A DNA stretch of 42,739 nt from Paraglomus brasilianum (Eukaryota), in contig CAJVPI010000204.1 of NCBI GenBank assembly GCA_910592345.1, positions 1-42,739 on the forward strand, in the 5' to 3' direction. The notes under the pieces are model-generated. The model worked only from the letters and a program-made list of their open reading frames with translations. It ran no database searches and had not been told where the DNA came from. The number at the start of each line of letters is the position of its first letter. Within the stretch, counting starts at the first letter, position 1. The translations under genes and the position numbers were made by a program. This document shows, in pieces, positions 22,180-33,924 of the stretch.

Positions 22180-23260
22180 ATCATCCTTAGAAAGTGAACA
22201 TAAACTTGAGTGGGCTCGCTAAATACCGACAAAGTCAAGTCAAGTTGACAAACGTCTACTGCGCTGTTCGATAATGGTGAAGTTTACGAAATGATGATAA
22301 TGATGCCATAACTTGGAAGTATCGAACAACACTTGTGAGTGAGTTGCAGGAATATACTCACTTCCAACACACAAGTACAACAATGACGTTAATCAGTTCA
22401 GAAGACACAATAGACTGATACCGAGGATAAAGCTAACTATTACATGGTTGTTTATGAACTCTTTTACCATTATTCCCGATGTAAACAATTATCCAATGGA
22501 TGGACTAAGCAATAATAAGCAACTCGATCAGTTTATTAAGACTCAAACTCTGCAAATGAGCACTATTTGGGATGGATTCAATTCGATTGTATTGACGAGA
22601 GGGGGATATGAATGTGGATACTTGTATTAAATTCGAGACAACGGATGAGACGGTCTATTATAAACACAAACTAGAAGTTTACCTATTGGCGGAAGATCGC
22701 TTTGGGTTTGAGAGTACATTAGGTTGTATGCTGGTCAATTATGTGAGAGGGCGAACATCAATATATTTAACCTATGTTTTATGGACAGGAAGTTTCGCAA
22801 CGGAAATTGTGTACGCGAAGTTCTTGTCCAATTGAATGATGGACTTGTGAAGTTTGCGTTGGCAGAGGCCACACCAGTTGATAAATATATAATTTTTCTC
22901 GTGGAAAAATTATATTTGTTTTTTCATTCATTATAACACAACACAGGAGGTATTGTGGGTAATTTTTAGAATATCCAATTGCGTTTTGACCAATCGGGTA
23001 TCTTATTATTATGCGCTTTTAATTTCTAAATCAAATATTGCAATTCCCTCGTTTTATCATTTTCGATCGCTATAACGGGCCTGCTTATTCTGTATTCAGT
23101 ACTTCAATCATTAACAGACTGATTATTGTGCGTCTTTTGATACCAAACTTTCCATTTGAACAATTGGAGATTCTACAACTTGTGTTTATACATTCACGCG
23201 GGACAGATTTGTCTGACACGAAATTTGGAATTCTACATGGTTCTTGCTATTGTGCATAAT
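22180..23260 (+). pseudogene. Highly degenerate protein-kinase-like (TKL-type) relic
   Basis: NGWTS(fs)NNKQLDQFIKTQ...EHYLGWIQFD...RGGY resembles the WTSGN..ID.FI...LEWIPF...GGF leader of expanded kinases in arbuscular mycorrhizal fungi. IHSRG follows later. No intact frame remains. Confidence 0.4.
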
Positions 23261-23447
23261 GCTGCCATCTTATATCTATTTATATAAATCTTATTCACTT
23301 GAATAAAATTGAATAGCGTATTTATTTTATAGACGTATATTGTTGAATACGTTGATGGATGGCCCAAGATTGTTAGATGCCACGATTTTGCACCAATCAA
23401 ACCTTGTTTATGGAAAAAAGACGTCTATAGTATCTCAAAATGATATA

Positions 23448-23951
23448 CCGTAAACTACCATGAATAAGAGCCTACTGTGAATAAGGGCCCCCTCATATGA
23501 AAAAATGCTGCCGGTGAATAAGGGCCGTAATGCTATGAAATAACCGCCCCCTTATCACGTCAACAATTGACGTCATATATTACTTTATTTAGTATCGCTG
23601 ATTTATTATAATGATTCATCGTCTTCACAAACATCCTCTGGTAAAACTATAGCTGGTTCATCCCCGCTCACAACACCTTTCCATATTAAGTCGTCTTCTG
23701 TACCATTGAGATCATTAGATAGCCCACAGGTTTTAAAGGAGTTCACTATAATCTCGTGTGGAATATCATCCCAAGCTTCCCTAATCCAATGACACATTAA
23801 AGAATTATGTAATAAACAGAGATAACGTGGACAGTTGTTACGTGATGATTCGTAGATCATTTTGTATTGTTTTTAAGGCGCAACCAAACATGCCATGAAT
23901 AAGAGCCCCCTTATATGATGAAGGGGGGCCCTTATTCATGGCAGTTTACGG
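23448..23951 (-). mobile_element. pogo-family internal-deletion derivative (504 bp) with TIRs, TA TSD and transposase C-terminus
   Basis: Left TA|CCGTAAACTACCATGAATAAGAGCC; right (reverse complement) TA|CCGTAAACTGCCATGAATAAGGGCC. Internal ORF 23606-23860 contains LMCHWIREAWDDIPHEIIVNSFKTCGLSNDLNGTEDDLIW, the pogo transposase C-terminal motif. Confidence 0.9.
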
Positions 23952-25127
23952 TACTTATAATTTGCAAAAAGCTACGGAAACTTATAGTCATACAAGAATG
24001 GGGAACATGAAATGCTGGAAATGCCTTTAGTAATAAATCGTGAAATTAACGTAAATTTCAACGTTAAGACCGTACTATTACGGGCGCAAAGAAGTTAGCT
24101 CGTCGTATAACCGTAACAGTAATAACACAATAAACACGTACGTATTCTAATGGTATTGTCTCAATATAATAAATCAAGTTCTTCCCAACATTTTTTTCAA
24201 TTCCTCAGTGTGATTTGTTTATACGAAACAGTATTAACTGTGATCAGGCAATCTATTTTCACAGAACAGAAGTATCGATAAACGTGGATTGCCATATTAT
24301 AAATATCAACACTGCCAACATTGTGACTAGCAATTCCCAATTCTTTACCGGTGCGTAACAATAATAACATCGCCATCGGTACAGCAAACCTTGGCCACTC
24401 GATGATTTGCCCAAATTAGATTTCATGGCATACATATATATTGCTCATATTAAAGAATGTCATTGTACACAAACTGCAGACACATATGTGTAAAACATTC
24501 TCTTGGGGAGGGGTAAATTGTTGCTATTCTTTTCGCTTTCGATAAGTCACGCCGAGATTAAGATTCGTAGAATATAATTACGATCTCTTTCGAATCGTAT
24601 TTAAGGGCACTCCTTGGCCGTCAGCTTGAAATTTTGAAACATTAAAAGTAACCCATATGTGAAGTAAAAATTCCACTAATACAATTGGCCATGGTGCAAT
24701 TAGTAAACTTGTTTGCAATATTGTAAGTGTCGCTGACTCGGTATAAATATTGAGCGAAAATAAAAGCTTATGTCGAAGATGAAGATTTATAAAATTTATG
24801 TTAGAAATTTAGTTATAATGCAAGGCAAAAAGGTTAATTATAATAAGTCATTGAATCCTTAAGTGAAAACATTCACCATATTTTAAAATATATACTGTAA
24901 ATATAAATTTTCAGACAATTTGGTTTAGATTTCATATTTTATGAAAAGACGCATTTTATTGTTGTTAATAATTTTGTTAGTAAATGTTTGTTTACTAATT
25001 GACGGAATAAAAGTTTTTATATAAGCGGTTGGTTGAGATGCATCATCATTTAGTTATCCAATACTAAAATTTGTATTACTTTGTAATATGGCTTCTTATA
25101 ATTCAACTGCTTACGCCTAAATTCTAC

Positions 25128-25299
25128 TTGATTGGCCTCTCAATCTCCTGACCTCAATTGAACACATTTGGAATGACTTGAAAGGCATCTGAAAAACCGT
25201 AAACAAAATGCCAAACATTTGGAATTTCAATTTAATTGCAAGCATGCCAAGAAGGCTTGGGGCATATTTTTCTAATAATGGATGGCCGACCGAATACTA
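25128..25299 (+). mobile_element. Tc1 (DD34E) transposase C-terminal fragment
   Basis: DWP(fs)QSPDL..IEHIWNDLK...LIASMPRRLGAYFSNNGWPTEY* matches the WPxQSPDLNPIEHxW...SMPxR...GxxTxY Tc1 signature. Confidence 0.8.
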
Positions 25300-27959
25300 A
25301 AATAAAATTAAAACTTAAAACTTAAAAATTAAAAATCAGCGAAGTTTGATTTTACTTGCAATTGCTTTTTTTGTAATTATTTATCGCCCCCGAAAGTTGA
25401 ATGCTTCAAAATTTACATGCTACAAACTGATATAAATTTCTATTTCTTCTATAAATAATCGTTACATCAAATTTTGTGTAAAGTAAAAAAAACTCCATCC
25501 GGATATTGAGTGTATATATTATAAGGAAAATTCAATTCGTGAACACTACGCAATAATAATAAAAGCAACAAAGATAAATAAATAAAAAACGTCGAATCAA
25601 AAGTTCATCCTTGTAAGACGAGCAAGTTCATAACTGTTCAGATCAACCATTTAAAACTTATAAACTGTTATCGAGGATTTCTCGATTCATCGAACATTCC
25701 ACTTCTTGAAGGTATAATGCAGTTAAATATTCCGTTGCGTTTCGATAATATTCGCGCACGTCCAATTCTCGATGGCGTTTACCATAAATGAACTGGTTGC
25801 GGACTCAAATTGGATTGTTATGACGACAGTTGATGAACAGTTCTGAGGCTACATTTTAAAAGTCCTGTAGTTTTTTCAAGTTATTTAAAATGTTCACATC
25901 CTTTGGCTGAACCCATGCCTCGTGCAGGACTTATCACTTTCACACACATAACTCATTCTAGTATTCCGGTTAGTTCAACACATATGAAGTTAGATCCTTC
26001 AACTCTTAAATAGTGGGATCGATCATTTAAACTGATTACGTAAGTGAGGGTCTACACAACTTAAGACTGACTCGAATTATTGAAGAAGATACGGCGCGGC
26101 AATACTCAACTTTCGGCGTATTTGTGTGAATATTACGTCATCGATAGATCTAATGACGAAAACATAATCACCGTGACGTAACACTGTAAGCATTTCCATT
26201 TAGCACGTTAAAACGATAATGTTAAACGTGCTTTATTATTAATAAATACGCTCTCATTACAGCTTTTATTTAGAACACGTTAAATTTTAAGTTGGAGCCA
26301 TAACGAGACTTTTACATACTGTAGGTATGAGCCTGTTGCTATTATTCAAAGCACTTTCTGATCTTCAATATTCACTAGCGATATAATGATAAATTGGCTG
26401 GCTGCCTGGTTTATGCATTGATCAACTCTCAGATAGCAAGCAAGCTAACTCTTCCAGAGTTGTAGAAAATTCGTGTAATAAGTTACAAAAACTACTCAAT
26501 TAATGCTGCTAGTATTACTATAGTATCACCTACATCATCAGAGTAACCAGGTACGAGTGAGATTGCATATTTCAAATGATAAAAGAAGTAGCTTTAGCTT
26601 GAGAGGTTTACAATGGTGCTCCGCTAATGAGCGAGACTATAACAAACAAATACTTTAATTTTCAATGACCCGGAGTTAGTTCTTCGTACTATACATAGGA
26701 TTTGTTTAGCGTGTGACAGTTTAAGGAGACATTAGCCAACTATCTGATATGTAACCTGTTCAGACTATTCAACTAATGTTTTTCACCCCTATAACACGGT
26801 TTTGCAGAGGTTAATACTAATTTCATTCAAATGACTTTATTTTACTGCCATTATATTCCAAAAGTTCTTTAAGCAACACCCTCTTTTAGGTCATTCGTTA
26901 AAGCAATCGCCCTTCGAGTATGACGAACTCCCACGTAGTTCTTTAAATAGACGACATGTTCTAAAGAAAGCTCACTTGATGCATTGTAACAAGTATAAAT
27001 GATAGGGCTGATTAAATTGATAATAATGAAATGAATAATTAAGAACCGCTCAATATTAATCTGCAATGCAAAAGGGTTACGAGTGATCAACGTTGCTGGG
27101 AATTATTTATTTTTGGGACGAGTTAGATGAGATGAGATAAGCCATGTTATACTGTAATAGATATGTTGAACCTGTTATTCGTAGTGAGACACACATACGA
27201 TGAGAGAGCAGGAAACATTGGTAGAGCACGCAAATGAATGGAAGTTTATTATGTACAGAGTTGTACAAAGAATTAAGGCATGGCTCTGCAGGATCTTTTT
27301 TTTTTTTTTGGTAGAGTGAATACAACGATAAGCATAAGCCATATTGTTGTGGGTGTCGTCGATGAGAAACTGGGATTTTTTTGTTATTTGGATTACAAGT
27401 CTTAGGTCCGTGATAGGAATAGTCAACCTTGTCCTATAAATGGTTTGAACAGACGGAAAGAAAATTCTCGAAGTAACGCAGAACGAATGATAATATATAA
27501 ATACAGTATTGTAAACAAATACCAAGCATTATGGTAATTAAGGTAGACAGTAATGTTGCTTCATTGTTCACACAGCTTTAAATGGTCCATCATTATTATT
27601 GATACACAACAAACAAATACAAGAACGAAGTAACAATAAGAGTCAAATCGACCATGTATGAATATGGCAATTGTGGGCGTCAAGATCTTATCGGCAAACA
27701 ACAACAAATATTTCATGTTTATGTTCTTTTATAGTTGCCTAATACCATATCGACGCCCTTGTGCGGATGCAAACAACAACCAAGCATCGAGATGCATCGT
27801 GTACATGTAGATTATTAATAGATTTATTAACGGTGTAACTGCAAAATCGGTTATAAAGAGAAGATAATGATAATTGGATAGCAGAAGAAGAAGTGAAAAT
27901 GGTTTGTATGTATTAATATGAACGATTTACGGGTACGGTTATCCGGATAATATAATATG

Positions 27960-28205
27960 CTGTACTTGTACATCTGTGTACATACATATATACACATATA
28001 CACATATACATATAGTACACACACATATACAGCACACACATTTACAGTACACATATACACCACATATACAGTACATATAATACCACATATACAGTACATA
28101 TAATACCACATATACACATATACACATATAATACCACATATACATATACATACCACATATACACATATACATACACATACCACATATACACATATACATA
28201 CACGC
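27960..28205. repeat. Degenerate (CATATA/CA)n alternating purine-pyrimidine repeat
   Basis: CACATATA and CCACATATACAGTACATATAATA units tandemly reiterated over ~245 bp. Confidence 0.9.
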
Positions 28206-29223
28206 TAAACAACGACTGATGAATGATAAATATTATGTAAACATGTTCGCATTAGCACACAGGTTGCTCATTGGCTGACGCAACTTTAAAACGGTATCAT
28301 AAAGCATCATCTCCCCAACTGAAACTTGCTTTGTTACATACAAACGTCAGCAACTCTAATAAGGAACACACAAAAGGGAATTTAAAAAAAAAATAAAAAA
28401 TTTTAAAAGTGAAAAAATAATTAAAAAATAATGACGAATAGAATAACTAATATCAGATGTCTACTAGCTTAATTAATGTATATAGGATGGGGACTTGCAC
28501 ATGATATACACACAATTATTAGTACCTTGCATGATATTTAAATTAATACCTGCATATCGACCAGTCAGTTCTCACCATAAATATCCCTGCCCTCTTTTGC
28601 GCTTTCCATCAAATTTTGGAGGCGGAGAAAAAGTTGAAGATTTCTTATCGTTTTGGGATTAGCATTGTACATAAAAGTTAATTGCTGCACCTGCTTTGAT
28701 GCTAGACAAAACACAAAAAGAGTAATTACCAAGTTTGTTTGTTCAAAAAGAGACCCAGTATATATATACATCATATACATTCACGTACATATCGATATAT
28801 TTATATATATATACACACAACACATTTCATATACAATTTGACAGTTGCTCTCTGACTTTTTTTAGGGGACCTTATACTTGAGATTAGACTGTTTCAGTTT
28901 CTTTTTGGTAGATTTATGTCGCATATTACTATTACTATGCGCTATCGTCTTTTATGAGAATACCCCCCCACACCATACACACAACACACACCACACACAC
29001 AACACACACAACACAAATATAAACATTCCCATTATTTTCTTCTTTCTGAATTTTTTCTCCGTCAAAACTTTTAACACTACTACTATTATCATCATTATTA
29101 TTAACCTACTCCTCTCCATATTATTCTTTACGATTACTTATCGTTACTTATCTTTGTCTTTTACTCTTCCATAATTACTTCATTCTACATTAATAATCCC
29201 AATCTTATTCGTTCTACATTGCC

Positions 29224-32200
29224 ATGGGTAAACTCAACTTACCCCGCTTCGGGAAGAAAAAGCCTACCGATGACGAGCTCTCTTCTCCTACTTCCCTTGA
29301 ACCACCAAAACTGTCTTTCAGTTCCTTACCGGCAATAACCTCCGATTCTCTTTCGCCCATTACTCCCGAGCCACAACCAAAGAAAGAGACCAACTTGCTG
29401 GACGAGATATTTAGTCAGCTCGGCTCCGGATCTGTTGCAACGCCTGCTTCCAAAGATAAACCATACGGTAATTTGATGGATCCTCCGACCCATACAATTA
29501 ACTAATGGCTGATTAGAAGCTGATTCTGCGCATTCGTTACATGTCCTCGACAAACCCGATATTCTTTGTGCATTTAATCCCAATTATCAATCATCCTCAT
29601 TCACTCACTTTTCTTTTCTTATTCTCAGACGATGACATTGGTCTCGCTCTCGAATTCTCCCGTCGCTTAGATTTCTCATATAACACTTCTGCGTCATCAC
29701 AACCAAAAACAACAACTGCAACAACCACTGCTAATTCGTCATTTTTAAACTCTACCTCATCTACCTCTTTTCTATCATCTCTCGATACCAAGTCCACATC
29801 AACTCCTTTACTCGATGATTTTTACTCCAGATTCAATATACCAGCTCCAGGCGCAACCAGTACATCTACTACTTTTACAAAAAACAATACTACTTTCACA
29901 AAGAATAATACAACTCAGCCCAAACCCGCCGCAGTTCATCGACCACCGGACAGCGACGACTCAAGTGTATCCAGTACATCCACAAAAAACCGCTCAAAAA
30001 AATTCAAAGAACCGAGGCAAGAAACAGCTCGATAGCGACGAAGATTCTTCCTCCTCGGATGATGGTTCTTCATCCACACGTCGTCCTAATCGAAAGCAGC
30101 CAGTCGACCCGGTCCTTCAACGTAGAAAAGCAGCTCACGAAAAGATTAGCGCGGTAGCCAACTGGGTCGAAGAGGTTGATCCAAAAGATGGTGAGAACAA
30201 TGTATTGGATAGAATGAAAGACAGACACAGAGTTGAAGCGCGAGCTTTGGTCAATATATCAAACAGCTCATCCGCACACCTACCTCCCGGCCCTCCTCAA
30301 CATCCATTTGCCGATGATCAATATTATCCAATGGACAATGGTGACTGGAATCATGATCCGCGTTACCCGTACGACAACAGAAATTACGACGCCGCTCCTA
30401 TCCGAGATGACCATCGCATTCCTCCTCCTCAAGCAGTCCCGCGTGGATACCCCCCACATCCGGAAGACAGGAGAGATGAAAGATACCCGAGAGATCCTCG
30501 TCAGCCATATCCAGAAGACTACAGGGAAGATCCTCGCTATCCACCACAGCGCATACCACGCAACATGGACGAATCTCGTGAGGACTATTCTCGCTATCGT
30601 CCACTCAATCCTCAGTCTGGCGGTGGTCCTATCGTACCTAGATCTCGCCATCCTGACCTATACAACCGTTCAGGTGAATCACCAACCCGTAGTGACGCTG
30701 GGAGAAAGTTTAATGATGAAAGAAAAGTTCCTTCAAATAGTACTTCATCAAACTCATCGACTACTTCAGATCCACCGCCAATGCTTTACAAGTCAAAAGA
30801 CCACAAGTTGAAACGGAATCTATCACAAACCGTCTTATCCAGAAGTGGGAAAAGCGACGAAAGACTAGATAAAGCAAAAGATAAGGGTCCTGAAGAAAGA
30901 ATAAAAAAAGATCATCACTCGCCTCAATCTTCGGTTTCGTCAAACAAAAGCAAGAAAGGAGAAAATGGAAACTTGTTTTCATCAAAAGCATCATCTGTTT
31001 CTTCGCACGAAAGTAACGGTCGTGGTGGAAATGAAGGTCGAGGAGCCTATGAAAATCGAACGGGTTATGAAAATAGAATGAATTATGACAACAGAGGAGG
31101 ACCCGATAATCGAGGAGTCTATGACAACAGAGGAGGACCTGACAATCGAGGGGTCTATGACAATAGAGGAGGACCTGACAATCGAGGGGTCTATGACAAC
31201 AGAGGAGGACCTGACAATCGAGGGGTCTATGACAACAGAGGAGGTTATGAAGGTCGAGGAGGTTATGATAGCAGAGGAGGTTATGAAGGTCGAGGAGGAT
31301 ATGAAGGTCGAGGAGGGTATGAAGGCCGAGGAGGGTATGAAGGCCGAGGAGGGTATGAAGGTCGAGGAGGGTATGAAGGTCGAGGATATGAAGGTCGAGG
31401 AGGGTATGAAGGTCGAGGAGGGTATGAAGGTCGAGGAAGATATGAAGGTCGAGGGGGATACGAAAATCGAGGAGGATATGAAGGTCGAGGGGGATATGAA
31501 GGTCGAGGGGGATACGAAAATCGAGGAGGATATGAAAATCGAGGATATGAAGGTCGAGGGGGCTATGAAAATCGAGGGTATGACTCAAAACCATATGATA
31601 CAAGACCGCCTCCCCAAATCTCAAAGAATTCTCCTCAATCCGACGACCCGCTTCATCGTACTCGTGAAGTGCCGAATCAAAATCGCAATTCATGCTCTTC
31701 TGAAGACAGTGACCATGCTCCACTTGCTACGAAAATGCAATCGTCAGGTTCAGTTGCTCAACCAAAGCAAGAGAAGAAACAGCAGCCCAAGAAGATTTTA
31801 GACTCGGATTCTTCAAGCGATGAGGAAGAGGAAGAGAGCGAGAGCGATGATGAACAGCCATTGAGTAAGGCGGTAAATAGTAATGGTACAATGCCAGGAA
31901 GAGGTGTTGGTTATTATCCGAATCCACCGAGTTCGTTACGATCCGATGATTATGATATGCGTGTAAATGGTGCGCCAGTTCAGCCTGGTAATCCACAGAT
32001 GCCATCGAAATACGCATCGCAATACGATCATCGCTATTCCTCTCCTCCTCCTCCTACTCCTACTCCTCCCCCGCATTCTAATTCGAGATATGGAGGCTTC
32101 CGTGAAGATCCTGCCAATCGATTTGCACCAGTTCCTTATCGAGATGAGGCATATGAAGTTCCGCCGCGTCATCATCCTAATTATTACACATCACAACCCC

Positions 32201-32685
32201 CAAGAGACGATGTTCAATACGAAGCACGGGCTCGTTATGGAAATGTCAATGCACCGATTCCTCCTGCTCCACCAGCAGCTATCGAACAGCCGGCTGTCGA
32301 TCCATCACTCTCATCTCAGAAACTACCCCTTATAGAAATGGCAGGCTATCGATATGATCAAAATAAACGAACTCCTATCAGTACACAAAATACTGGACCC
32401 TTTCTGAGTAATCTTGACTCGAAGATTCGATCAACATCTCCGATGAGGTATGGAGATGGGCAGCAGGGTGCAGGTGGAAGGGGTGGACAATATACTAGAG
32501 GGGTATATGGGAATGAGAGGGCAGCTCCGTCTGGACGGGGCATGTACAATAATCAACCACCATCAAGAACACGAGGAATGACGAATGGGGGAGGACCAAC
32601 GAGGAATGGATATGGCAGTGGATACGGCGGCAATGGATACGTCAACGGATATAGTTATAGCGACAGATATCCGTACGATGATTGA
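29224..32685 (+). CDS. Large low-complexity/disordered protein with RGG-Tyr repeat array; one intron and a +1 frame discontinuity near 30000
   Basis: Exon 1 29224-29467 (MGKLNLPRFGKKK...LLDEIFSQLG); intron 29468-29628 (GTAATT...TTCTCAG); exon 2 open to ~30000 in one frame, continuing in the +1 frame (ORF 29815-32685). The product is rich in Pro/Tyr/Arg/Gly/Ser. I recognised no folded domain. Confidence 0.75.
31030..31582 (+). repeat. Coding tandem repeat: 36-nt unit (DNRGGPDNRGVY) x4, then ~20 units of 15-18 nt (YEGRGG/YENRGG)
   Basis: GACAAYAGAGGAGGACCYGAYAATCGAGGRGTCTAT repeats over ~31087-31230, followed by TATGAAGGTCGAGGAGG(A/G/T) units to ~31580. Confidence 0.95.
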
Positions 32686-33924
32686 GCAAATATAAAAAAT
32701 ATTAAAAGTATATATAGTTACTATTAGTGTATTGAGTTACCGGTTGAACTGGGACTATTGTCTTTAGGTGGGTGGGTGTGGGACAGTTGGGTAGGTTTGA
32801 GCATGTGATATAAAGTTTACAAAATTAATTCCCGCAATGCTTTATTACTTGTCAAATCGTCTTTTCCTTTTTTTCTTCTTTCCCCTTCTATTCTCATTAG
32901 ATACTGTATTCAAAATGATTATTAATATTACTATCATTTGCTATTTATAGTTACTAACCGTGGTACATAGTCAACATAAAATTACATAAAGCTTGAACAT
33001 TGGAAATTGGTGACAACATATTAGATAGAGTAAATATAGTTTATCCTAATAAATGAGTAAATACAATAATCTTGTCTGTAACATTTGATGAGGTGATGAA
33101 TGGAGTAAATGAGAAATGATTAGTGAAATTCAAATCTTTCAAATATTTCCTTGTTCATTACAATGATATTTTCAAGTGTTGAACTAGTGCCTAAAATAGT
33201 AATAGGTTTCGAACTGGTTACCCTGGTCTGGCTGGACCCTGAGCTAATTGCCTATTGAGTTTTCCCCCCTGCTTTTTTACTTCTATAGTAACTATTCACC
33301 TACCTTCATGTATCTGTGTGTTGTGCAGACTAAATCCTACACAATCAATCCATCATCATTGATGCAAGGATGGCGCATAATACTTGCAAAAATTATCCGT
33401 AAAAATCTTCACCACAAATGTCTCGATGGAGTTCTTGTAACAACAGCCCGTTGACTTTTATTAGTATTTCTCTTTCTTTCCGATTACCAACTAAATGTAG
33501 CACAAACTGCAAACGCTGGTGAGGAGGGGAGGTTACACCGTCTGGTTTCACTCGTGTCATATGACCTACCTCCACTAAAAAATAACCGACGACAACTCCT
33601 CCTCCTTAATACTCGCCTTCTTTCTTTGTTTATTTGACTATCTAACCGCCGCCATAGAAAGAGTGTTCCTGGTAATACTTCGCTACATAACTGTTATTAT
33701 TCAGTTATAGTGGTATAGTTTATAATACTATCGTAGTATTATCACGTATTTAAAATAGTGTTTGTGAGCAACGGACTCGATCCTAACTTATTATCACTTT
33801 TCAACACTTCACAACGCATCCCCGCCCTCCATCCCACGCAATTGTACTCATCCCGAATACTCACTTTTATAAATTGTACATGCTTTACCTTTTGTCGTAA
33901 AATAATCCGGACAGAAGACAAAAT

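Noticed and set aside
24680..25515. TIRs for the Tc1 fragment
   Set aside because: Candidate TACA.../...TGTA ends do not match each other beyond a few bases.
27851..28199. Cys/Tyr/Val/Met-rich ORFs
   Set aside because: Translations of the (CATATA)n repeat.
30761..31801. Overlapping 320-aa antisense and 238-aa alternate-frame ORFs over the RGG array
   Set aside because: Expected by-products of a stop-free 18/36-nt repeat. Variation between units is mostly third-position in the YEGRGG frame.
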